Source: a virus
IMG/VR virus record: IMGVR_UViG_3300020473_002209
Span: 32,001-96,000 of that record
Reading direction: 5' to 3' (one strand)
DNA length: 64,000 bases
In this document: one piece after another, positions 49,201 to 56,982 of the stretch
Layout of the letters: each line of letters opens with the position of its first letter
Numbering within the stretch: the first letter of the stretch is position 1
Made by a program: the position numbers and the translations under genes
The notes under the pieces: model-generated
Databases searched by the model: none
The model's input: only the letters and a program-made list of their open reading frames with translations
What the model was told of the DNA's origin: nothing

Positions 49201-49829
49201 ATGATCTCTTGTGGACTGACGAGGGCAAGTGGAAGCACTCTAAGTTTAACAAGCGGGCCCTCGAGGCTTTAATCAATATTCGCGGTTTTGAGTCAATGGA
49301 CATCGTTGGTCCTGGTAAGACGTTTGAGAGTTATAAGCACATGCATGAAGTAGTGATAGGTCGCCAGAATGATATCAAGAAGTGGACTAAGCGTGATCCA
49401 GAACGCGGGAGGAATAATTTCAAAGAAGCCCTGCTTGAGACGCAAGGGACTGGCCACTGGTCACGCCGTGAGATGGTAGAGAATAGCGTAAAGCACTTTG
49501 GGTCGTTCAACGCCTCGACTCTTATCAGCGAAGAAGTACAAGAGCGGCTTGCTGCAAAAGATATCGCATGTATTGATGAGATTGATACCAGAGGTCATGA
49601 CGTGTATTGGTTCCTCGTATCTGATGTGAAGCCTAAGTTGACAAAGAACAAGAGGCCATATCTTCTGGTCACCGCAACAGGTCTAGAGGGTAAAAACTTC
49701 CGGATGTTTTGTTGGGGCTGGGATGGCGAGACAGAGCTTCCGCTGTACAGTCTTTGCTGCGCAGAGGTCAAGAAAAATGATTTCGGATATCAAACTTCTA
49801 TGAGTAAAGTCAAGCTTCTTCGTATATGA
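46209..49829 (+). CDS. dnaE: DNA polymerase III alpha subunit (family C)
   Basis: PHP domain (HSH, TNHG, GCE, TDSHY), GPGRGSAAGSLVAY, PDIDTD, KFDLLGL, YGFNKSHA. Start at the ATG at 46209 after AGGAG. Confidence 0.95.
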   Translation: MRNSSLTPPSKFISLHSHDGFSTFDGLGYPQEHIDFVIENGMDGWCLTNHGHMNSFGHAFLHAEKVQKRGGVFKFVPGCEMYVHPDLEAWKLDMEIRQAAKKGDKDALHVLRAQREAIATPLTAVVDGDDEVVDIGKEEAGLTIENEEETKSSKFYDPIKRRHHLVVLPKTSVGLQRLFHLVSRGYREGFYRFPRVDYKMLREAAEGGHLMVSTACIGGPIAYEVFRHAQNVEFDDLSYKLMDDRSFYENVMTGVGNAYQGLVDAVGINDVCLELQFNKLPAQHLVNRAIIEFANANGLQDKLVVTTDSHYARPEHWRERELYKKLGWLNYREFDPSKLPQSKEDLKCELYPKNAQQVWDTYLESTEGMPFYDDQIVKDAIERPHQVVHEEMETITPDRTMKLPSYVVPEGMSDDKALLEACKKGLVERGLAGDPKYIERIKHELQIIKDKNFSRYFLTMEAIIGIAKQAMLVGPGRGSAAGSLVAYVLKLTDVDPFEYDLMFGRFLNPSREGAPDIDTDVGDRDLLINMMKEKWGDENIVPISNYNTFKLKSLVKDISRFYGIPFNEVNKALAPVEEDVKRAVFKQGTDKNLFVLLYEDALAHSKTFRAFIEKYPEVAAPIQVLFKQNKALGRHAGGCIVAEDIAERMPLIKARGELQTPWAEGMNYKHLETFGWIKFDLLGLETLRIIQRTIELILQRKEGIEDPTFAQVYEWFNANMDPKVLDMDDQHVYDHVYGKGRWAGIFQLAGRGAQNLFKKAKPKSIIDIATLTSIYRPGPLTAKVDRLYIKAKNNPDDIDYGHPLIKEVLEETYGLIVFQEQIMKLCSVVAGFPEEETDTVRRSIMKRKASEAAESLAKARSIKEQFVAGSVKNGVDRQLADDLYEKILFFAGYGFNKSHAVCYAIDSYYCAWLLTYFEEEWLCAYLEAMSGNDKKRAKAFAEVKALGYRVAPLDINYATKKWTILEGKKFMPSLLSCKGIGESAIDELVANRPYQTVDDLLWTDEGKWKHSKFNKRALEALINIRGFESMDIVGPGKTFESYKHMHEVVIGRQNDIKKWTKRDPERGRNNFKEALLETQGTGHWSRREMVENSVKHFGSFNASTLISEEVQERLAAKDIACIDEIDTRGHDVYWFLVSDVKPKLTKNKRPYLLVTATGLEGKNFRMFCWGWDGETELPLYSLCCAEVKKNDFGYQTSMSKVKLLRI

Positions 49830-49873
49830 TTAGCTTGGCACAAATCTACAGCTATTAACTAGTGGAGTAAAAA

Positions 49874-50905
49874 TTGCATATTGGTACGTACCAGTCGTTT
49901 ACACATTGCTACATATCGTTGGTAAGAAATGTTTATGAAAATCCAGCGTTTGAAGCAGCACCTCGTGGCCAAAAGGTCAAAGAAATACTCGGGGCATCAT
50001 TTACAATCACCAACCCAAGAGACAGAATTCCCTATGTTGCCGGTCGTAAGTTCAGCATTTCGTACATGGTTGCAGAGCTTGTGTGGTATCTTTCTGGTAA
50101 TAACGAAACAGCGTGGATTTCAAAGTATTCAAATTTCTGGCGTAATATCTCCGATGATGGTGTGACAGCGAATTCTGCTTATGGTGCAAGACTCTTTAAG
50201 CACCACCCCAAGATTGCTCAAGGAAGATTTAATCAGTGGGAATACATCATCGATGAGCTTACACGTGATCCAGACTCCCGTCGTGCAGTGATGCACTTGA
50301 GGGTTCCTGATGACAGCATCGACGCTAAGCTGGATGTACCCTGTACACTTGCTCTTCAATTTTTTATTAGAGATGGTAAGTTACACCAGGTTGTAAATAT
50401 GAGAAGCTCCGACGTGATATTCGGTATTGCATATGATATTCCAGCGTTCACAATGTTCCAAGAATTGCTTGCCAATGAGCTGGGCGTTGGGCTTGGTACA
50501 TACACACACACCAGTAATTCACTGCACATATATGAGCGCCACTTCGAGATGGCAGAGAGTATTTTACAAACTTCTAACGTCAATAAGTCACAGTTTGCGC
50601 TTTGGAAAAAGTACGGCCCGATGCCACCACTTAATTGTGTTTCAAGAGATGAGCTCTCTTATTGGACAGACAAGATGATGGAGCTTGAGAAAGACTTGAC
50701 CAACTCGACATCAGTGGATTCTGTCCACCAAGCATTCCGCCGTGTATTTGCGTATCCGACTGCTGATGCACTGACATGGCATGATTTCGCAGTGGTATTA
50801 GCCGCTGATAGAATAAGAAAGATATCTACCAGGGATGAGGCAAGAAAAATGTTAGAAAATTTGAAATTTGAAGGTTATCGGTTTAACACAAGGAGTGTAA
50901 AGTGA
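49874..50905 (+). CDS. Thymidylate-synthase-family enzyme, predicted dCMP hydroxymethylase
   Basis: DSRRA, catalytic PC (VPCT), RSSDVIFGIAYD with Asp at the dUMP/dCMP specificity position, HIYERH. Confidence 0.8.
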   Translation: MHIGTYQSFTHCYISLVRNVYENPAFEAAPRGQKVKEILGASFTITNPRDRIPYVAGRKFSISYMVAELVWYLSGNNETAWISKYSNFWRNISDDGVTANSAYGARLFKHHPKIAQGRFNQWEYIIDELTRDPDSRRAVMHLRVPDDSIDAKLDVPCTLALQFFIRDGKLHQVVNMRSSDVIFGIAYDIPAFTMFQELLANELGVGLGTYTHTSNSLHIYERHFEMAESILQTSNVNKSQFALWKKYGPMPPLNCVSRDELSYWTDKMMELEKDLTNSTSVDSVHQAFRRVFAYPTADALTWHDFAVVLAADRIRKISTRDEARKMLENLKFEGYRFNTRSVK

Positions 50906-52032
50906 GTAAGTACGATTATCTGATTGTGGGTTCAGGAATATTTGGGTCTACATTTGCTAGAGAAATGACAGATGCCGGGTATAGGTGTCTTGTCATAGAT
51001 AAGCGAGACCATATCGCTGGTAACGTCTATTCAGAAAAGCGGAATGGTGTGGATGTCCATGTGTACGGAGCGCACATCTTTCATACCAGCAGCGATCGCA
51101 TTTGGGATTATGTAAACCGATTCGCGACCTTTAACAACTACATCAATAAGCCGAAGATTCGTTTCAATGATCGTATTTTTTCGTTCCCCATTAATTTAAT
51201 GACGCTCCACCAGTTGTGGGGTGTTATGACCCCTGCCGAAGCAGAAGCCAAGCTGGAAGAAGTCCGGATTCCGTGTGAGAACCCTGATAATCTTGAAGAC
51301 TGGATTCTTTCTCAAGTCGGTCGTGAAGTTTATGAGACTTTCATCAGGGGCTACACGATGAAGCAGTGGCAGCGAGATCCAAAAGAGTTACCCGCTTCCA
51401 TCATCAAGCGTCTTCCTATCCGAATGGTTTTTGAAGAAAACTATTTCTTTGACAAGTATCAGGGGATCCCTAAGGAAGGGTATACTCAGATGGTTGCGAA
51501 TATGCTGGAAGGTATTGAGGTCAGGACAGGCGTCGATTATTTTGCGAATAGAGATGAGCTGAACAGTCTTGCTGAAAAAGTTGTGTTCACTGGAAAGATC
51601 GATGAGTATTTTGGTTATCAGTTTGGAGAGCTAGAATATAGAACGCTTCGCTTCGAACATGAAGAGCTTGAGGGAGACTTTCAGGGAAATGCAGTTGTAA
51701 ACTATACACATCCTGATGTTCCATACACTCGGATTGTTGAGCATAAGCATTTCTTACCAGAGACGGCTAGTAAGATTCCAAACACTATTATTACTCGTGA
51801 ATATTCAGATGAGTATAAGCGTGGAAAGACGCCTTACTACCCCATTAACAATGAGAAGAATACTTCAATGTATAAGAAGTATGCTGCTATGGCTCATGAA
51901 GAATCAGGAGTCATTTTCGGCGGAAGGTTGGCAGAATACAAGTACTACGACATGCACCAAGTTATCGGTTCTGCACTTGTAAAAGCTAAGCGTGAGCTTG
52001 AAAAACGTAAGAAATCAACATATAATGGTTAA
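50902..52032 (+). CDS. glf: UDP-galactopyranose mutase
   Basis: GSGIFG FAD motif, HIAGN, YGAHIFHT, YQGIP, YTRIVEHKHF, PYYP, GRLAEYKYYDM. Confidence 0.93.
   Translation: MSKYDYLIVGSGIFGSTFAREMTDAGYRCLVIDKRDHIAGNVYSEKRNGVDVHVYGAHIFHTSSDRIWDYVNRFATFNNYINKPKIRFNDRIFSFPINLMTLHQLWGVMTPAEAEAKLEEVRIPCENPDNLEDWILSQVGREVYETFIRGYTMKQWQRDPKELPASIIKRLPIRMVFEENYFFDKYQGIPKEGYTQMVANMLEGIEVRTGVDYFANRDELNSLAEKVVFTGKIDEYFGYQFGELEYRTLRFEHEELEGDFQGNAVVNYTHPDVPYTRIVEHKHFLPETASKIPNTIITREYSDEYKRGKTPYYPINNEKNTSMYKKYAAMAHEESGVIFGGRLAEYKYYDMHQVIGSALVKAKRELEKRKKSTYNG
51998..52026 (+). promoter_or_regulatory. Sigma70-like promoter for the glycosyltransferase
   Basis: TTGAAA-17 nt-TATAAT, embedded in the end of glf. Confidence 0.72.
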
Positions 52033-52047
52033 TATTAAGGAGAAAAA

Positions 52048-53103
52048 ATGAGGGTCTTGTATAGTTTTTGGGGGTTTATCACTCCGCTGGAAAAGAATAG
52101 CATTGTTGATACACCTGATGGTGAGCGCGGCAACCGCGTTGATTGGGTGAATGAGCTACTTAAGCGCGGTCACACACCGATTCAGCTCCAGAAAATGAGG
52201 GATGATGAGCAGTATCCCGGCGTGGAGTATGACGATTCCGGCTTTCCAGACGGAGATATTCTCTACGTAGAGTGGCGATGGCCGACTTGGAAAAATAGCG
52301 GCGAAAATCCTGCTGAGCCAGACTATAATAGGCAATGCCAGGTGCTTGACTACTATCATGAGCAAGGGATTCCAATTGTTATTGTCGATGGTGATCTTAA
52401 GATGACGCCTGAAGAAGAGCTGCGCTGGCCAAATGCCATACTTGCAGATGCATGCGTTTCACCACAGCATCAGACTCGTAAGCGTATCACAATCCCTTGG
52501 TGCAACTATATGAAGAGGTACTTTGAGCCAGTTGAGTATTCGTACAATTACACATACGTCGGAAACAACTACGAGCGTGAAGAGCCTTTTGCGAAGTATT
52601 ACACTGGACCGAGTACCGCACTTCGTGCAGGCGGCGTTCAGACAATGATTTATGGAAACTGGCTTAATAAGTCACCTGAGAGAATTGATCCAGCAAAGCT
52701 ACTTGCCCAGACTCCAAACGTTGCTTTCGGTCCGCGGTTGGCGTATAAAGACATCTTTGGTGTTCTTAATTCTTCTATCACTGTGACCCACATCACTAAG
52801 CCAGCATACACTCCGTTCGGGAATATCACTGGACGCTTTTTCGAAGCGATTAAGAGTAACGTCCCCGCGCTAATCCCTATCGAGTTTCAGCATGCTGTCC
52901 CTGTCGCTCTTTCAGATAAGTCTTTGCTGGTTGAATCGTCACGAGATGTGTTTGAGAAAGTGAAGTGGCTATCCACGCTTAATGGCGAACAGAGGAAGGC
53001 TCTTGTTGATGCACAAGAGGAGGCTCTGAGGACCGTGATCGACCCGCGGCCTGAATATAGGACTGATTTGCTCGAGCACATTCTGGGGGACTATCGGGCA
53101 TGA
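52048..53103 (+). CDS. DNA glycosyltransferase, T4 beta-glucosyltransferase-like (GT-B)
   Basis: 351 aa. YVGNNYERE, IYGNW, NITGRFFEAIKSNVPALIPIEF and RKALVDAQEEAL align by eye with T4 BGT as recalled (YGGSFRSGQRE, FFGNA, FITLRVWETMASDAVMLIDEEF, RKEMLSIQHDIL). Confidence 0.72.
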   Translation: MRVLYSFWGFITPLEKNSIVDTPDGERGNRVDWVNELLKRGHTPIQLQKMRDDEQYPGVEYDDSGFPDGDILYVEWRWPTWKNSGENPAEPDYNRQCQVLDYYHEQGIPIVIVDGDLKMTPEEELRWPNAILADACVSPQHQTRKRITIPWCNYMKRYFEPVEYSYNYTYVGNNYEREEPFAKYYTGPSTALRAGGVQTMIYGNWLNKSPERIDPAKLLAQTPNVAFGPRLAYKDIFGVLNSSITVTHITKPAYTPFGNITGRFFEAIKSNVPALIPIEFQHAVPVALSDKSLLVESSRDVFEKVKWLSTLNGEQRKALVDAQEEALRTVIDPRPEYRTDLLEHILGDYRA

Positions 53104-53624
53104 AAATTGCGTTCATCGGGCCAGACATGACAGGGAAATCTAATATTGCCGCAGAGCTGTCTCTACAGACTGGAATTCCAGTATTTAAGAATTCTGGAGA
53201 GTGGAAAACTGAACTCGGTAGTCCTGATTACTTTCTTAACCTTTTGCGCTACGGCGGTCCATTCCTCATGGACTTTATGAAGCAGACTGATGTGAAAGTA
53301 ATCCTTGACCGCTTTTATCCTTGTGAGCTCGTATACGCAGAAGCATTCGAGCGAGAGACCGATATGTCTGCGATATCTTGGATGGATGTGAATTTTGCCG
53401 AAGCATCTGGCAAATTTATTATTTGTTTGCGCAAAGATTATTCTGGCTTGATTGATGATCAATACCCTGATGATTTACCAAAAGAAATGCTTGAAAAGCT
53501 TGATAAGCTGTACAGGGCGTTTGCCGACACAACAGATTGCGATTGTCTTATTTTAGAAACCGACGATAGAGACTTGAACAATCAGATCAAAAAGATTAAA
53601 ATGTTCTTAGGAATTAAAACTTAG
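53100..53624 (+). CDS. dNMP kinase (thymidylate kinase-like)
   Basis: P-loop GPDMTGKS; ILDRFYPCELVY. Confidence 0.8.
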   Translation: MKIAFIGPDMTGKSNIAAELSLQTGIPVFKNSGEWKTELGSPDYFLNLLRYGGPFLMDFMKQTDVKVILDRFYPCELVYAEAFERETDMSAISWMDVNFAEASGKFIICLRKDYSGLIDDQYPDDLPKEMLEKLDKLYRAFADTTDCDCLILETDDRDLNNQIKKIKMFLGIKT

Positions 53625-53640
53625 AGAATTGGAGGATTTT

Positions 53641-54645
53641 GTGCGTTTACGTAAAGCACTAGTAACGGGCTGCTGTGGATTTATAGGCAGTCATGTAACA
53701 CAGCAGCTAGTTGAGGCTGGCTGGTATGTTGAGGGGGTTGATGATTTGTCAAATGGCGACTTGTCCACTCTTGAGGGCATGCGATACCGCACAGTAACAG
53801 AGGGAATGCTTCATCTGTATGATGAGCAGGCTGGGGTGCCACTTGCTGGTGAGTTGCTGGTTATAACAGCAGATTTTGCAGCAGGACAAGTTTTGTCTCG
53901 TGTCGCTGCCGGAGATTATGATGTGATTTTTCACCTGGCTGCAAACCCGCGAGTTGAATATTCTGTCAAATATCCAGCATTGACAACGCACACAAACGTT
54001 CAGAAGACGATCGAGCTGATGTCAGCTGCAATTAACAAAATAGACCGATTTGTATTTGCGTCTTCATCAGCTTGCTATGGAGAGGTTGCTCACCTTCCAA
54101 CGACAGAGGAAGAAGCAGAAGACCCAACTTCTCCTTACGGGCTACAGAAGCTTGTGGTTGAACAATTCGCTGAAATGTATACCAAACTTTATGGGATGGA
54201 TTTCGTCGCGCTAAGGTTCTTCAATGTATACGGTCCAGGACAACTCGGGGATTCACCATATTCAACAGCAGTCGCAGCGTGGTGTACACGCCTGAAGAAT
54301 GGCGATCCACTCAGGAGCGATGGCGACGGTGAGCAGACAAGAGATATGATATATGTTAAAGACGTTGCGCAAGCAATGATTGCAGCTGCAGACCACCCTG
54401 AGTATCTTGGGTTTCAGATGTACAATGTCGCCACAGGTGAGTCGGTTTCAAATAACCAGATTTTAGGTGTACTGAAAGAGTACTTTCCTGACCTAACCAT
54501 CACTCATGCACCAGAGAGGGCAGGTGATGTTAAGCATACATTGGGGTGTATAAATAAGATTAGCGAAGATCTTAGCTGGCATCCTCGGAAGCAATTCTGG
54601 GATGGCTTAAGAAAAACGCTTCAATGGTGGGAGCTAATCGATTAA
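53641..54645 (+). CDS. NAD-dependent NDP-sugar epimerase (GalE/WbpP-like SDR)
   Basis: TGCCGFIG, HLAA, ASSS, YGLQK, RFFNVYGP, RDMIYV. GTG start after GGAGG. Confidence 0.88.
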   Translation: MRLRKALVTGCCGFIGSHVTQQLVEAGWYVEGVDDLSNGDLSTLEGMRYRTVTEGMLHLYDEQAGVPLAGELLVITADFAAGQVLSRVAAGDYDVIFHLAANPRVEYSVKYPALTTHTNVQKTIELMSAAINKIDRFVFASSSACYGEVAHLPTTEEEAEDPTSPYGLQKLVVEQFAEMYTKLYGMDFVALRFFNVYGPGQLGDSPYSTAVAAWCTRLKNGDPLRSDGDGEQTRDMIYVKDVAQAMIAAADHPEYLGFQMYNVATGESVSNNQILGVLKEYFPDLTITHAPERAGDVKHTLGCINKISEDLSWHPRKQFWDGLRKTLQWWELID

Positions 54646-55085
54646 TGAATAGATGCATTTGGCCAGGAAGATCAATAGCAACTGAGAAGCCGTGGGGCTA
54701 TGAAGTCCAGTGGTGCGGCATCTTTTATGGCAAAGAAATTCACCTAAGGGCAGGCCATCGAACTAGCTTGAAGTTTCACCCCAAGAAAGAAGAAGCGTTG
54801 TATGTTCAGAAGGGCTTGATTGAGGCAGAAATCGCAGACGAAAGACACTTTTCAGACCACATACTTCATCCAGCTCGAATCGTGACATTAGGACCTGGCG
54901 AAATAATAAATGTTCAAGCCGGGTGTGCGTACAGATTGACAGCAGTGGATGATAGCGTTGTTTTTGAAATTTCCTCAGGCTCTGACTCTTCCTCTCCTGT
55001 TCGTTTGGAAGACGATTATGGTCGTGAAGTTGACCAAAGTGGCAAATATATTTTTGTGCACCCGACAAAAGAAAATGATAATTAA
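54645..55085 (+). CDS. Cupin, sugar(-phosphate) isomerase-like
   Basis: EKPWGYE, TSLKFHPKKEE.LYV..G, VFEISS, VRLEDDYGR; TAATG overlap with the upstream gene. Confidence 0.75.
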   Translation: MNRCIWPGRSIATEKPWGYEVQWCGIFYGKEIHLRAGHRTSLKFHPKKEEALYVQKGLIEAEIADERHFSDHILHPARIVTLGPGEIINVQAGCAYRLTAVDDSVVFEISSGSDSSSPVRLEDDYGREVDQSGKYIFVHPTKENDN

Positions 55086-55105
55086 AAATCTATCCCGGGA
55101 ATATT

Positions 55106-55960
55106 ATGAGTTCAATGGACCCAAATTCGGTTAACGTAGTGATTTATCATGCAGACTGTACAGACGGTTTCGGCGCAGCTTACTCTGCTTGGAAGCAACT
55201 TGGAAACCGAGCAGAATATTACGCATGCAAGCATGGTACAACACCTCCAGATGTGAAAGGAAAAAACGTTGTAATTCTTGATTTTTCTTGGGATAAGGCG
55301 ACGATCAAGAAGATGATAAAGAAAGCCAAAAATCTACTGATCATCGATCACCACAAGTCAGCTATGGTCGAGCTTCATGATATCTCAAATACTTATTTTG
55401 ATATGACGAAGAGCGGAGCAATGCTGGCGTGGGAATGGTTTCACCCAGGAAAAGAGCCGCCAAAATTCATAAAGTATATTCAAGATCGTGACCTATGGGA
55501 GTGGAAGCTTGAATATTCTAAAGAATTCAGCGCGGCATTTGATATGGTGCCGTTTGAATTTGAAGAGTTCGAGAAGTTTGAAGATGACTCTGTTTTTGAT
55601 GACGCATGTAAGCGTGGGTCCTACATCCTCGCGTATAGCAAGACGGTTGTCAAAAAAGTTTGTGAAAAAGCTCAACCCCGTACGATGGGTGGTAAGTCTG
55701 TCTTGGTGGTAAATGCCTCCCACTGGATGTCTGAGATTGGTGCTCGCTTAGCCCCTGATTGTGATTTTGCAATGATCTGGTATTGGGATCATGAAGATGA
55801 AATAACAAAGGTTAGCTTAAGAGCTTTTCACGATAGCGTTGATGTTTCCGAGATCGCAAAGCAGTTTGGCGGAGGCGGTCACAAGAAAGCAGCGGGATTT
55901 ACTTTACCTAAGGAGAAACACATTGAAGAACTTTTTGACACAGCCGAGCCCGAGGTATGA
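55106..55960 (+). CDS. DHH/DHHA1 phosphoesterase
   Basis: YHADCTDG, ILDFS, IDHH, SLR, GGGGHKKAAGF. Confidence 0.88.
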   Translation: MSSMDPNSVNVVIYHADCTDGFGAAYSAWKQLGNRAEYYACKHGTTPPDVKGKNVVILDFSWDKATIKKMIKKAKNLLIIDHHKSAMVELHDISNTYFDMTKSGAMLAWEWFHPGKEPPKFIKYIQDRDLWEWKLEYSKEFSAAFDMVPFEFEEFEKFEDDSVFDDACKRGSYILAYSKTVVKKVCEKAQPRTMGGKSVLVVNASHWMSEIGARLAPDCDFAMIWYWDHEDEITKVSLRAFHDSVDVSEIAKQFGGGGHKKAAGFTLPKEKHIEELFDTAEPEV

Positions 55961-56516
55961 TATTGTCTACCTGGATCCACCATGGGATTACAAAGGCCAG
56001 CTCCAACATAGTAAGCCTGGAATGGGTGATACAGGTGGCGCTCGCAAGCATTATGGTACACTCAAGCTAAAGCAGCTTAAGCAGTTTCCAATGCAGAAAC
56101 TCATGAATGATGATGCACTGGTATTTATGTGGGTGACGAACCCACATCTTGACCAAGGTATTGAGCTTCTAAAAAGCTGGGGATTGAAATATGCAACCGT
56201 TGGGTTTGTGTGGAACAAGATGCGAGTTAATCCTGGCTTTTACACAATGTCCCAATGTGAGCTTTGTCTTGTCGGAAAGAATGGGAAAATTCCGCGCCCT
56301 CGTGGAGCAAGGAATGTACGCCAATATCTTGAGCACATGCGCGAACAGCACAGCAAAAAGCCAGACGAAGTGCGCGTACGAATTGAGCAAATGTTTCCAG
56401 ATCAGACGAAGGTCGAGCTTTTCGCAAGGCACCAAAACCCAGGGTGGTCAGCTTGGGGCGATGAAGTTGAGAGCTGTGAAAGCCTTAAGAGGTATTTGAA
56501 TGAGCTCGGATGGTAG
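55923..56516 (+). CDS. MT-A70 family N6-adenine methyltransferase
   Basis: DIVYLDPPW, LVFMWVT, WNK, HSKKP, ELFAR, GW.AWGDE. Likely TTG start after AGGAG. Confidence 0.88.
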   Translation: MKNFLTQPSPRYDIVYLDPPWDYKGQLQHSKPGMGDTGGARKHYGTLKLKQLKQFPMQKLMNDDALVFMWVTNPHLDQGIELLKSWGLKYATVGFVWNKMRVNPGFYTMSQCELCLVGKNGKIPRPRGARNVRQYLEHMREQHSKKPDEVRVRIEQMFPDQTKVELFARHQNPGWSAWGDEVESCESLKRYLNELGW

Positions 56517-56919
56517 GCCAGAATGGGATGAGATATGGATGGGCTTTGCTCATTCCATATCTCGTAGATCATACGATCCCAGACACCAAGTTGGTGCCGT
56601 TATCGTGACCAAAGAGAATACACAGGTTCTTGCTGTAGGATATAACGGCAATTACTCTGGTGGGCCCAATGAAGTAGAGTCCACAGAGCCAGGAAGCTCA
56701 GGAATGATCCACGCTGAGATTAACGCATTGTTAAAATGTGACTATAATATTCGCGGAAGAAAAATCATGTATGTGACTCTTAGTCCATGCAAGATGTGCG
56801 CGAAAGCAATAATCAATGGTGGCGTTTCTGAAGTGGTTTATGACGAAGAATATAGGGATATGTCCGGAGTCGACCTACTTAAGTCCGCAGGAGTCACGGT
56901 TAGACGCTATAGAACGTAG
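56500..56919 (+). CDS. dCMP deaminase
   Basis: VGAVIV, GYNG, HAEINAL, PCKMC Zn motifs. Confidence 0.9.
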   Translation: MSSDGRPEWDEIWMGFAHSISRRSYDPRHQVGAVIVTKENTQVLAVGYNGNYSGGPNEVESTEPGSSGMIHAEINALLKCDYNIRGRKIMYVTLSPCKMCAKAIINGGVSEVVYDEEYRDMSGVDLLKSAGVTVRRYRT

Positions 56920-56927
56920 CACCAGTG

Positions 56928-56945
56928 ATATTTACTCCATATTTA
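56928..56945 (+). promoter_or_regulatory. Tandem putative late promoters (ATATTTA x2)
   Basis: Two ATAnTTA copies at the junction into the head-protein cluster. Confidence 0.5.
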
Positions 56946-56982
56946 CTTGTAAGCGCTATATTATTAATTGGAGTTCCAAGAC

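Noticed and set aside
46209-49829. Inteins or introns in DnaE, NrdJ, helicase or RecA
   Set aside because: No C/S...HN splice motifs, homing endonuclease motifs or frame breaks were seen. Sizes are near normal apart from a short acidic insert in the PHP domain.
50902-55085. Host LPS/O-antigen cluster or cellular contamination
   Set aside because: There are no flippase, polymerase or export genes. The sugar genes are interleaved and overlapping with nucleotide-modifying genes and share phage-type promoters.
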